From: Cupriavidus necator
GTDB lineage: Bacteria; Pseudomonadota; Gammaproteobacteria; Burkholderiales; Burkholderiaceae
Direction of reading: 5' to 3'
NCBI RefSeq assembly: GCF_016127575.1
Contig: NZ_CP066018.1
Location: forward strand, 3,840,001-3,872,000
Length of the DNA stretch: 32,000 nt
A program made the translations under genes and the position numbers. The number at the start of each line of letters is the position of its first letter. Position 1 is the first letter of the stretch. This document shows, in pieces, positions 15,688 to 23,583 of the stretch. The notes below the pieces were generated by a model that saw only the letters and a program-made list of their open reading frames with translations, was not told the DNA's origin and ran no database searches.

Positions 15688-16635
15688 CTACACCACCCGG
15701 TGCATCGCTGGCTGCCGCGGCTCAAGCATGCCGACCTTGTATGCGCATTCGGGCAGGACCTCGCCCAGAAAGTCGAGAAAGCGCCGGGTGGCAGGCGTCA
15801 CGCCCTTGCGGGAGGGGAACACCGCGTGCAGCGTGCCGACCGGCATGTCGTACTGCGGCAACACCAGTTCCAGCTCGCCGCTTTCCAGCGCATCGCGGCA
15901 ATACATCCGCGGCAGCATGGCCACGCCCGCGCCGGCGATCGCCGCCTCGCGCAGCAGCACGAAGTCTTCGGTGACCAGGCGCGGTTCATAGGCAATCTGG
16001 ATCGAGTCGTTGGTCTTGCAGCGCAGGGTCCAGACATGCTTGCCGTCGTGCGGCGGCTGGCCCACGCCGGGCATGCCATCCAGCGCCTGCGGTGTGCGCG
16101 GGCGGCCGATGCTGTCCAGCAGCGCGGGGCTGGCCACCAGCATCAGCTGGCTTTCACCGAAGGTGCGCACGGCCAGGCTGGAGTCCTCCATGGACTCGCG
16201 CACGCGCAGGGCCAGGTCGAAGCCTTCGCCGATCACGTCCACGCGCCGGTTGGTGGTCTCCAGCTCGATCCGCACGGCCGGGTTGGCGCGCATGAAATGG
16301 CCGATGGCCGGCGCCAGCAGGATCTGGGCGATGGCGATCGGGCAGCTCACGCGCAGCGTGCCGCCAGGCTGCTCGCGCGCCTGCTCGATGACCTCGCGGG
16401 CCGCCTTGGCCTCATTGAGCATGGCGCGGCAGCGTTCGTAGAAGGATTCACCAAGCGGCGTAACGCGCACCTGCCGTGTCGTGCGGCGCAGCAGCTGCAC
16501 GCCCAGGTCGCGTTCCAGCTGGGCGATGCGCCGGCTCAGGCGCGACTTGGGCACGCCTGAGGCGCGGCTGGCCGCGGAAAAACTGCCGTGTTCGACCACC
16601 TGGGCAAACAGGGACAAGTCGTTGAGGTCTTGCAT
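15688..16635 (-). CDS. LysR-family transcriptional regulator, divergent from azoR
   Basis: I prefer the ATG at 16635 (MQDLNDLSLFAQVVEHGSFSAASRASGVPKSRLSRRIAQLERDLGVQLLRR), preceded by GGAG at 6 nt. Confidence 0.9.
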   Translation of the reverse strand: MQDLNDLSLFAQVVEHGSFSAASRASGVPKSRLSRRIAQLERDLGVQLLRRTTRQVRVTPLGESFYERCRAMLNEAKAAREVIEQAREQPGGTLRVSCPIAIAQILLAPAIGHFMRANPAVRIELETTNRRVDVIGEGFDLALRVRESMEDSSLAVRTFGESQLMLVASPALLDSIGRPRTPQALDGMPGVGQPPHDGKHVWTLRCKTNDSIQIAYEPRLVTEDFVLLREAAIAGAGVAMLPRMYCRDALESGELELVLPQYDMPVGTLHAVFPSRKGVTPATRRFLDFLGEVLPECAYKVGMLEPRQPAMHRVV

Positions 16636-16775
16636 GGATGGCTCCGGGATCACGTGCGGCCGCCAGGCTGGCGTTGCGCCGGCAGAACAATCATTTGCAT
16701 TTTGCCTCACTACCGATACCAATGGCCAGCCGCTATCTTTCATCCATCGCAACCGCACACCTTGTGGAGATAGAC

Positions 16776-17396
16776 ATGAACATCCTGCAGATCGATTCCA
16801 GCGTACTTGGCGACAACTCCGTTTCGCGCAGCCTGACCGCCAGCGTGGTGGCCGACCTGGTCGCCGCCACCCCGGACGCCAAGGTCACCGTGCGCGATCT
16901 GGACCAGGACGCTCCGGCACACCTGTCCGGCAACCTGCTGCCCGTGCTGGGCGGCCCGAAGGAAGGCCTGAGCGCCATCCAGGAAGCCGAGCTGCAGCGC
17001 ACCGAGCAATGGCTGGCCGAATTCCTGGCCGCCGACGTACTGGTGGTGGGCGTGCCTCAGTACAACTTCAGCATCCCCAGCCAGCTCAAGGCCTGGATCG
17101 ACCGCATCGCGCAGGCTGGCCGCACCTTCAAGTACACCGAGAACGGCCCGGTGGGCCTGGCCGGCGGCAAGCGCGTGATCGTGGTGTCGTCGCGCGGCGG
17201 CGTGCGCCAGGATGCCAATGAACTGGACCTGCACGAAAAGACCGTCGACATCGTGTTCCGCTTCCTGGGCATCACCGACATCACCTACGTGCGTGCCCAC
17301 GGCCTGGCCATGGGTCCGCAGTTCCGCGAAGCCGGCCTGGCCAGCGCCCGCACCGAAATCGCGGCGCTGAACGACGCCAGCCGCCTGGCCGCCTGA
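16776..17396 (+). CDS. azoR: FMN-dependent NADH azoreductase / quinone reductase
   Basis: I prefer the ATG at 16776 (MNILQIDSSVLGDNSVSR...), preceded by GGAGA at 5 nt. The internal segment is VVGVPQYNFSIPSQLKAWIDRI, and the length of 206 aa is typical of AzoR/AcpD. Confidence 0.85.
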   Translation: MNILQIDSSVLGDNSVSRSLTASVVADLVAATPDAKVTVRDLDQDAPAHLSGNLLPVLGGPKEGLSAIQEAELQRTEQWLAEFLAADVLVVGVPQYNFSIPSQLKAWIDRIAQAGRTFKYTENGPVGLAGGKRVIVVSSRGGVRQDANELDLHEKTVDIVFRFLGITDITYVRAHGLAMGPQFREAGLASARTEIAALNDASRLAA

Positions 17397-17409
17397 AGTC
17401 CTGTGGACG

Positions 17410-17434
17410 GCCGGCGCTGCAGGACGGCGCCGGC
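17410..17434 (+). terminator. GC-rich hairpin downstream of azoR (8-bp stem GCCGGCGC/GCGCCGGC)
   Basis: Perfect inverted repeat 14 nt after the azoR stop. No U-tract follows, so terminator function is uncertain. A second 8-bp hairpin with loop TATG lies at 17468-17487. Confidence 0.3.
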
Positions 17435-17577
17435 TCGCCCCGCGGACGGATCGGGTCTATGATGGATCGGGGCGCTATGGCGCCCCGCGTGCCATGGGCG
17501 GCGCGCCGGCCCCGGCTATTTGCCCGCGGCTGTCGTGCCGCCTGCAGTCATCGACCGATCCACTCCCGGGAGCCCGC

Positions 17578-18867
17578 ATGACTTCAGCCCTGTTGCCAGC
17601 CGCCGCCCTCCATCCGCCGCACGAACCCGCCCTGCTTTCACAGTATCGCCACGTACGCACGGCCACCGAGACCCTGGTGGCCGACCTGTCCGATGCCGAT
17701 GCCACCGTGCAGTCCATGGACGACGCCAGCCCGGCAAAATGGCACCTGGCGCACACCACATGGTTCTTCGAGGAATTCGTGCTGGCTGCGCGGATCCCGG
17801 ACTACGAGCTGGTGGACCCGGACTACCGCTACCTCTTCAACTCGTACTACGAAGCGGTCGGACCGCGCCACCCGCGGCCGCAGCGCGGGCTGCTGACCCG
17901 CCCCTCGCTGGACGAGGTGCTGGCCTACCGCGAGGCCGTGGACGAATCGATGCTGACGCTGCTGGGCAGCGCCCAGACCGATGACGAGGCAGCGCTGATC
18001 ATGCTTGGCCTGCAGCATGAACAGCAGCACCAGGAACTGCTGCTGGCCGACATCCTGCATCTGTTCGCGCAGAACCCGCTGCGCCCCGCCTTTGCCCCGG
18101 AACTGCCCGAGCCGGTGATCGCCGACCCTCGGCCCGCGCCGGACTGGATCGGCTTTGACGGCGGCCTGGTGGAGATCGGCCACCGCGGCGAGACCTTTGC
18201 CTTTGACTGTGAAAGCCCGCGGCACAAGGCCTACCTGGCACCGTTCACGCTGTGCTCGCACCCGGTCAGCAACCGGCAATGGTTTGAATTCATCGAGGAT
18301 GGCGGCTACCAGACGGCGGGGCTGTGGTTGTCCGACGGCTGGCGCTGGGTGTGCGAGCAAGGCATCCTGGCCCCGCTCTACTGGGAAGAACGCGAAGGCA
18401 CGTGGTGGCAGATGACGCTGCGCGGGATGCATCCGGTCGACCCGGACAGCCCCGTCACCCACGTCAGCTTCTATGAGGCCGAGGCATTCGCGCGCTGGGC
18501 CGAACGCCGGCTGCCGACCGAGGCCGAATGGGAGCACGCGGCGCGCAGCCTGCCGGCCACCGGGAATTTTGTTGAAGGCCGCGCGCTGCGGCCGTTGCCG
18601 GACCGGCAGAACACCTCGGGCGTGCTGCGCCAGATGTTCGGCGATGTGTGGGAATGGACCGGCAGCGCCTTCCTGCCGTATCCGGGCTTCCGCCCGAACG
18701 GCGGTGCGGTGGGCGAGTACAACGGCAAGTTCATGAGCGGCCAGATGGTGCTGCGCGGCGGGTCTTGCGTCACGCCCGAATCGCATATCCGGGCGACGTA
18801 CCGCAACTTCTTCTATCCGCACCAGCGCTGGCAGTTCACCGGGGTGCGGCTGGCGGACGATGTCTAG
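17578..18867 (+). CDS. egtB: EgtB-type sulfoxide synthase (DinB_2 plus FGE-sulfatase/SUMF1 domains)
   Basis: I prefer the ATG at 17578 (MTSALLPAA), preceded by GGGAG. Iron-ligand contexts are KWHLAHTTWFFE and LQHEQQHQELL. The C-terminal segment is GDVWEWTGSAFLPYPGF...GGSCVTPESHIRATYRNFFYPHQRWQFTGVRLA. At 429 aa it matches the EgtB architecture. Confidence 0.8.
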   Translation: MTSALLPAAALHPPHEPALLSQYRHVRTATETLVADLSDADATVQSMDDASPAKWHLAHTTWFFEEFVLAARIPDYELVDPDYRYLFNSYYEAVGPRHPRPQRGLLTRPSLDEVLAYREAVDESMLTLLGSAQTDDEAALIMLGLQHEQQHQELLLADILHLFAQNPLRPAFAPELPEPVIADPRPAPDWIGFDGGLVEIGHRGETFAFDCESPRHKAYLAPFTLCSHPVSNRQWFEFIEDGGYQTAGLWLSDGWRWVCEQGILAPLYWEEREGTWWQMTLRGMHPVDPDSPVTHVSFYEAEAFARWAERRLPTEAEWEHAARSLPATGNFVEGRALRPLPDRQNTSGVLRQMFGDVWEWTGSAFLPYPGFRPNGGAVGEYNGKFMSGQMVLRGGSCVTPESHIRATYRNFFYPHQRWQFTGVRLADDV

Positions 18868-19262
18868 CCCGGCGCCAGCCAGCGCCACGCCAGCCAGGCC
18901 AGCAACACCCACACCAGCACGATGACCACGGCGGCCGCGCGATTGCGCGGCCGTTTTGCATGCGTGGCCTGCCACGCCTGGGCCCGGCCGCGGCATTCAT
19001 CCTTGACCGCCGGCGGAATCATCCGCAGCGTCAGCCAGATACCCAGCGGCACCAGCAGCACGTCATCGACATAGCCCAGCACCGGGATGAAATCGGGGAT
19101 CAGGTCGATCGGGCTGAAGGCATAGGCCACCACCAGCGCGGCCAGCAGCCGCGCGCTCCACGGCGTGCCGGGGTGGCGGCTGCAGAACCACAGCATCAGC
19201 AGGCTCGCCTTGAGCCCGCGCGCCCACTGGCGCAGGCGTGCGCCGACGGCCATCGCCGGCAT
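18864..19262 (-). CDS. DUF1232 (YkvA-like) membrane protein
   Basis: Signature FSPIDLIPDFIPVLGYVDDVLLVPLGIWL. The start lies 6 nt after the ankyrin gene stop. Confidence 0.75.
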   Translation of the reverse strand: MPAMAVGARLRQWARGLKASLLMLWFCSRHPGTPWSARLLAALVVAYAFSPIDLIPDFIPVLGYVDDVLLVPLGIWLTLRMIPPAVKDECRGRAQAWQATHAKRPRNRAAAVVIVLVWVLLAWLAWRWLAPG

Positions 19263-19268
19263 CAGCGC

Positions 19269-20036
19269 TTACCAGCCCTTGGTCTTGGGCTGCTGCGCCG
19301 CGGGTTGCTGGGCCGCAGGCCGCTGCCCGCCCGGCTCGCCGGTGGGCGCCTTCAGCGGCGGCGCCGCCGCGATCGGCGTCTGCGGGTACAGCTTCTGCCA
19401 GCGCGCCTTCAGGCCCTTGGCGATCTCTGCCTGGTTGTAGCGCTCGGCAAAGTCGATCACGGTCATGCCCTGCTGGTTCTTCAGGCGCATGTCGGCGCCC
19501 TCGTCCAGCAGCAGCTTGACGGTCTCGATATGGCCGCCGCGCGCGGCCATCATCAGCGGCGTGGTGCCGTTGGGGCTTTCAGCGTCGATATAGGCGGCAT
19601 GGTCGACCAGGTACTTGACTACGTCGTTGTGGCCATTGGTGGCCGCATAGTGCAGCGGGGTCCAGCCGGTCTTGTTGATCTCGGCCTCCATCTCGTCGAC
19701 CATCAGCTTGACCATGTCCAGCTCACCCTGCAGCGCGGCCATCATCAGCGGGGTCTCGCCGGCCGGGTTGGCCTTGTCGAAATCGATGTCCTTGGCGCGG
19801 ATCAGCACCGTGGCCGCCTTCAGCGACTTCTCGCGCAGCGCCAGCACCAGCGCCGGGTTGCCGCGGCTGTCCACCAGATTGGGATCGACGCCCTTGGCCA
19901 GCAGCTTCTTGACGGTGTTGGCGTCGTCGAATTCGACGGCCTTGCGCATGTCGTCGGCAGGCGCGGCCTGCGCCAGCGTGGCGGCGGCCAGCGCAAGGGC
20001 GCCGGCAGCGCGTCGGGCAAACTTCATGTCAAACAT
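19269..20036 (-). CDS. Secreted (periplasmic) ankyrin-repeat protein with a Pro/Gln-rich C-terminal tail
   Basis: I prefer the ATG at 20036 (MFDMKFARRAAGALALAAATLAQAAP, a signal peptide), preceded by AGGGAA. Repeats include GETPLMMAALQGELDMVKLMV, GWTPLHYAATNGHNDVVKYLV and GTTPLMMAARGGHIETVKLLL. The start overlaps the tatD stop as ATGTTTGA. Confidence 0.85.
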   Translation of the reverse strand: MFDMKFARRAAGALALAAATLAQAAPADDMRKAVEFDDANTVKKLLAKGVDPNLVDSRGNPALVLALREKSLKAATVLIRAKDIDFDKANPAGETPLMMAALQGELDMVKLMVDEMEAEINKTGWTPLHYAATNGHNDVVKYLVDHAAYIDAESPNGTTPLMMAARGGHIETVKLLLDEGADMRLKNQQGMTVIDFAERYNQAEIAKGLKARWQKLYPQTPIAAAPPLKAPTGEPGGQRPAAQQPAAQQPKTKGW

Positions 20037-20823
20037 GCGATTCCCTGTCAATATGCTTGAATAGCTTGAAGAAATTTTCCGTCGTCTGTTCCGCGACCTG
20101 TTCCACAGGGATCCCGCGCAGCTGCGCGATGAACTCGCCCACATGGCGCACCCAGGCAGGTTCGTTGGTCTTGCCGCGGTATGGCACCGGCGCCAGGTAG
20201 GGCGAATCGGTCTCGATCAGCATGCGCTCCAGCGGCACCTTGCGCGCGGTTTCCTGCAGGTCGGCCGCGCTCTTGAAGGTGACGATGCCCGAGAACGAGA
20301 TATGGAAACCCTCATCCAGCGCCTGGCGGGCGACGTCCCAGGTCTCGGTGAAGCAGTGCATCACGCCGCCGGCCTCGCGCGCGTTCTCTTCGCGCATCAG
20401 GCGCAGCGTGTCGTCGGCGGACGAGCGGGTATGGATGATCAGCGGCTTGCCGGTCTGGCGCGCGGCGCGGATATGGGTGCGGAAGCGCTCGCGCTGCCAT
20501 TCCATGTCGGCGATGCTGCGGCCGTTCAGGCGGTAGTAGTCCAGCCCGGTCTCGCCGGTGCCGACCACGCGCGGGTGGGCGGACAGCTCCACCAGGCGCT
20601 CCAGCGTGGGTTCCTCGCCCCCTTCGTAGTCCGGGTGCACGCCGACCGAGGCGTACAGGTTGGGATGCTGCTCGGCCAGCGCCAGCACGCGCGGGAAGTC
20701 TTCCAGCGTGACCGAGATGCACAGCGCATGCGTGACCTGGTTGGCGCGCATGTTCTCCAGCAGTTCCGGCAGGCGCGCGGCCAACTCGGGGAAATCGATA
20801 TGGCAGTGGGAATCGACAAACAT
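20029..20823 (-). CDS. ycfH: TatD-family metal-dependent hydrolase/DNase (YcfH-type)
   Basis: MFVDSHCHIDFPEL..., with the conserved His/Asp/Glu pattern. It sits in the holB-linked position conserved in E. coli and Pseudomonas. Confidence 0.9.
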   Translation of the reverse strand: MFVDSHCHIDFPELAARLPELLENMRANQVTHALCISVTLEDFPRVLALAEQHPNLYASVGVHPDYEGGEEPTLERLVELSAHPRVVGTGETGLDYYRLNGRSIADMEWQRERFRTHIRAARQTGKPLIIHTRSSADDTLRLMREENAREAGGVMHCFTETWDVARQALDEGFHISFSGIVTFKSAADLQETARKVPLERMLIETDSPYLAPVPYRGKTNEPAWVRHVGEFIAQLRGIPVEQVAEQTTENFFKLFKHIDRESHV

Positions 20824-20847
20824 GGGGAATCTCTGTTGGCGGGTGGC

Positions 20848-21348
20848 TCAGTCCACGCGGCGGCCGACGATGATCAGGTCGCGCTCGACACCGTCGAGCA
20901 CGGCAACGCGCGGCAGGTCGCCCCAGCGCGTAAAGCCCAGCGACGCGAACAGGCCCAGGCTGGGCGCATTGTGGCCGAAGATAAAGCCGAGCAGCGTGTT
21001 CACCCCGACCCTGGGCGCATGGTCGATGGCCTGTTGCAGCAGGTAGCGGCCCAGCCCCTGGCCGCGGCGCTGCGCGTCCAGGTAGATCGACACCTCGGCG
21101 GTGGCGCCGTAGGCCGGGCGGCCGTAGAAGTCTGAAAAGCTCATCCAGCCGGCCATGCGGCCGTCGGCATCCTCGCACACCCACAGCGGGCGGCGTTCAG
21201 GCTGGTGGGAATCGAACCAGGCCTGGCGCGAGGCCACGGTGACCGGTTCGGTATCGGCGGTGACCATGCGCGAGGGCACGGTGCTGTTATAGATGGCGAC
21301 GATGCCCGGCAGGTCGCGGGGCTCGGCAATGCGAAGTGAAAAATTCAT
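20848..21348 (-). CDS. GNAT N-acetyltransferase, phosphinothricin/methionine-sulfoximine acetyltransferase-like
   Basis: IRIAEPRDLPGIVAIYN...TADTEPVTVASRQAWF...RGQGLGRYLLQQAI..., 166 aa. Confidence 0.75.
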   Translation of the reverse strand: MNFSLRIAEPRDLPGIVAIYNSTVPSRMVTADTEPVTVASRQAWFDSHQPERRPLWVCEDADGRMAGWMSFSDFYGRPAYGATAEVSIYLDAQRRGQGLGRYLLQQAIDHAPRVGVNTLLGFIFGHNAPSLGLFASLGFTRWGDLPRVAVLDGVERDLIIVGRRVD

Positions 21349-21362
21349 TGAAAATCAATATA

Positions 21363-21382
21363 TTGTGAGAACAACCTCACAA
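21363..21382 (-). promoter_or_regulatory. Perfect 7-bp palindrome TTGTGAG-N6-CTCACAA in the AT-rich pilZ-GNAT junction (weak terminator/attenuator or operator)
   Basis: It lies 3 nt after the pilZ stop. On the transcribed strand it is followed by UAUAUUGAUUUUCA and then the GNAT ATG. Confidence 0.35.
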
Positions 21383-21385
21383 CGT

Positions 21386-21778
21386 TCATAAAGTTTGCGT
21401 GGGGCGCCCGGACTCCAGCATCTTGCCCAGGATCTCCTCCACCGCGCGGCGCAGGTTGCGCCCGTTGTCGTCGTCGGGGAAATGCACGCCGACGCCGGGG
21501 GTCTTCATCGGCGTGCCCGCCGGGGTGATCCAGGCCACATGGCCCGCGATCTGGTATTTCTGCGGCCGGTCCAGCAGCGACAGCACCAGGAACACCTGCT
21601 CGCCCAGTCGGAACGGCCGGTTCGACGGCACGAAGATGCCGCCGCGCGCCAGGAACGGCATATAGGCCGCATACAGCCCGGCCTGGTCCTTGATCGACAA
21701 GGACAGCACATTGGGGCGCGATGCCGCCCCGCTGCCGGTTGGCGCAGCGGGCGGTGCGCCGGCGACTGCTGTGTTCAT
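21386..21778 (-). CDS. pilZ: PilZ protein (type IV pilus assembly PilZ, holB-linked type)
   Basis: 130 aa: LSLSIKDQAGLYAAYMPFLARGGIFVPSNRPFRLGEQVFLVLSLLD...GVGVHF. Its position directly after holB matches the Pseudomonas tmk-holB-pilZ-tatD order. Confidence 0.8.
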   Translation of the reverse strand: MNTAVAGAPPAAPTGSGAASRPNVLSLSIKDQAGLYAAYMPFLARGGIFVPSNRPFRLGEQVFLVLSLLDRPQKYQIAGHVAWITPAGTPMKTPGVGVHFPDDDNGRNLRRAVEEILGKMLESGRPTQTL

Positions 21779-21839
21779 GGTTGACCCCCTGAATGACGGT
21801 GCTGCTTGTTGTTATGCATTATTTTGACTGCCAGGCGTA

Positions 21840-22847
21840 CTACCGGAACAGCTGGCGGTATTCCAGGAATACCGCTTCCATCACCAGCCGGGCCGCCAGC
21901 GGATGGTTCTCGCTGCGGCGATGCGCGGTCAACCGGGTGGCAAAGGCCTGCAGGCGGTGCGCGTCGGTGGCCCCGGCGCAGCGCGCCAGCACCGCCCGTT
22001 CCTTGGGCAGGTACCGCGGCGTGGCGCTGCCGTCCAGGCGCAGCGTCAGCAGATCGTACGTCCAGCGCTGCAGGATGCCAAGCACGGCAGGCACCGGCAG
22101 CTTCTGCAGTTGCTCGGCCGCCGCGGAAGCGTCGAAGGCGGCGGCGGCGCCGAGCTGGCCGACCAGCCAGCGCTGCAGCGGCTGCTCCTCGGCCTCGGCC
22201 GCATGCAGCGCGGTCAGCGGCGAGCCGCCGGCCAGCGCCAGCTGGGCCTCGGCATCGGCCACGCCCTGGCCGCGCAGCCAGGCCAGCGCGGCCTCCGGCG
22301 TCGGGCGCTGGGCCGAGAACTGGCGGCAGCGCGACAGGATAGTCGGCAGGATGCGGTCGAGGCGGTCGGTCACCAGCAGGAATACGGTGGACGGCGGCGG
22401 CTCTTCCAGCGTCTTCAGCAGTGCGTTGGCGCCCTCGGTCTGCAGCGCATCGAGCGGATAGACCACCACCACGCGCAGCCCGGCCCGGTGCGTGCCCACG
22501 CCCACGGCCTCGATCAGCGCGCGCACCTGCTCCATGCGGATGATCTTGCTGGGCGCCTTCTTCTTGCCGCCCTCGTCGGTCTCGGCCTCGGCCGCGGCGT
22601 CCAGCGCCTCGGGCCGCACCACGGTGAAGTCCGGGTGGTTGCCCTGGCTGAACCAGTGGCAGGCGGCGCACTGGCCGCAGGGCTGGCCGTCCGGCAGCGG
22701 CGCCTCGCACAACAGCCCCTGCGCGAAATGCAGGGCCAGGTCGCGCTTGCCGATGCCTTGCTGGCCATGGATCAGCAAGGCATGCGGCAGCCGTTCACGC
22801 AGCGCGCCAAGCCGTTGCCAGTCTTCCTTCTGCCAGGGATATAGCAT
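21840..22847 (-). CDS. holB: DNA polymerase III delta-prime subunit
   Basis: MLYPWQKEDWQRL...HALLIHGQQGIGKRDLALHFAQGLLCE...CGQCAACHWFSQGNHPDF (zinc module), then LKTLEEPP. Confidence 0.9.
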   Translation of the reverse strand: MLYPWQKEDWQRLGALRERLPHALLIHGQQGIGKRDLALHFAQGLLCEAPLPDGQPCGQCAACHWFSQGNHPDFTVVRPEALDAAAEAETDEGGKKKAPSKIIRMEQVRALIEAVGVGTHRAGLRVVVVYPLDALQTEGANALLKTLEEPPPSTVFLLVTDRLDRILPTILSRCRQFSAQRPTPEAALAWLRGQGVADAEAQLALAGGSPLTALHAAEAEEQPLQRWLVGQLGAAAAFDASAAAEQLQKLPVPAVLGILQRWTYDLLTLRLDGSATPRYLPKERAVLARCAGATDAHRLQAFATRLTAHRRSENHPLAARLVMEAVFLEYRQLFR

Positions 22848-22964
22848 GTGAATCAGTGGGTTAGCGATCTAACTTCAAGTTTTACCTGTGATAACCATGC
22901 GATTGCGAATTACGCAATGGCGCGGCATTCACACCTATCACGTCAGCCATATATCGGCCAAAAA
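22848..22964. promoter_or_regulatory. 117-bp AT-rich, dyad-rich spacer between tmk and holB (possible internal promoter/operator)
   Basis: It is visibly lower in GC than its flanks. Dyads are GTTAG-CGAT-CTAAC, ATTGCG-AATTA-CGCAAT, GTGAAT...ATTCAC and GTGATA...TATCAC. There is no SD before the holB ATG. Confidence 0.3.
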
Positions 22965-23576
22965 TCAGATAGTTGCGATGATTTTTTCAAGTTCATCGCG
23001 AATGTCGGCAATGCTGCGCGTGGCGTCGATCACCCGGAAGCGCTGCGGCGACTGGGCCGCGCGGCGCAGGTATTCATCGCGGGTGCGCTGGAAGAACGCG
23101 CGCGATTCGGATTCGAACCTGTCAGGCGCGCGTGCGCCGGCCAGGCGCTCGCTGGCGGTTTCCAGCGGCACGTCGAACAGCAGCGTCAGGTCCGGCTGCA
23201 GGCCGCCCTGCACCCAGTCTTCCAGCACTTCCAGGCGCTCGGTGGCCAGGCCCCTGCCCCCGCCCTGGTAGGCGAAGGTGGCGTCGGTGAAGCGGTCGGA
23301 AATCACCCACTTGCCGCGCTCCAGCGCGGGTGCGATGACCTCGGCGATATGTTCGCGCCGGGCCGCGAACATCAGCAGCGCCTCGGTTTCCAGGTGCATC
23401 TTGCGATGCAGCAGGATCTGGCGCAGGTCTTCGCCCAGCGAGGTGCCGCCGGGCTCGCGGGTGGTGACGACGCCGGCAATGTCGCTGCGTGCGCGCAGGC
23501 GGTCGGCGACCCAGTCGATATGGGTGCTCTTGCCGGCGCCGTCGATGCCTTCAAACGTGATGAATTTTCCGCGCAT
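22965..23576 (-). CDS. tmk: Thymidylate kinase
   Basis: I prefer the ATG at 23576 ([18 protein letters not shown], a P-loop), then TREPGGT and DRF. The extension to track start 23828 overlaps mltG out of frame. Confidence 0.9.
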   Translation of the reverse strand: MRGKFITFEGIDGAGKSTHIDWVADRLRARSDIAGVVTTREPGGTSLGEDLRQILLHRKMHLETEALLMFAARREHIAEVIAPALERGKWVISDRFTDATFAYQGGGRGLATERLEVLEDWVQGGLQPDLTLLFDVPLETASERLAGARAPDRFESESRAFFQRTRDEYLRRAAQSPQRFRVIDATRSIADIRDELEKIIATI

Positions 23577-23583
23577 GGAATGC

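Noticed and set aside
17638-20060. ORFs 17638..18996 (-, 452 aa) and 18648..20060 (+, 470 aa)
   Set aside because: They are antisense to egtB and to the DUF1232 and ankyrin genes respectively. Their sequences are compositionally biased and carry no domain signatures.
21386-21778. Idea that PilZ here is the c-di-GMP receptor partner of the REC-EAL protein at 13005..14231
   Set aside because: I cannot find the RxxxR and D/NxSxxG c-di-GMP-binding motifs in this PilZ. It sits in the holB-linked position of the Pseudomonas PilZ founder protein, which is known not to bind c-di-GMP. The two genes are also 7 kb apart in unrelated operons.
22882-22950. 22-codon minus-strand ORF (MADVIGVNAAPLRNSQSHGYHR) in the tmk-holB spacer
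   Set aside because: It has no SD and no recognisable peptide features. At this size it is well within chance expectation.
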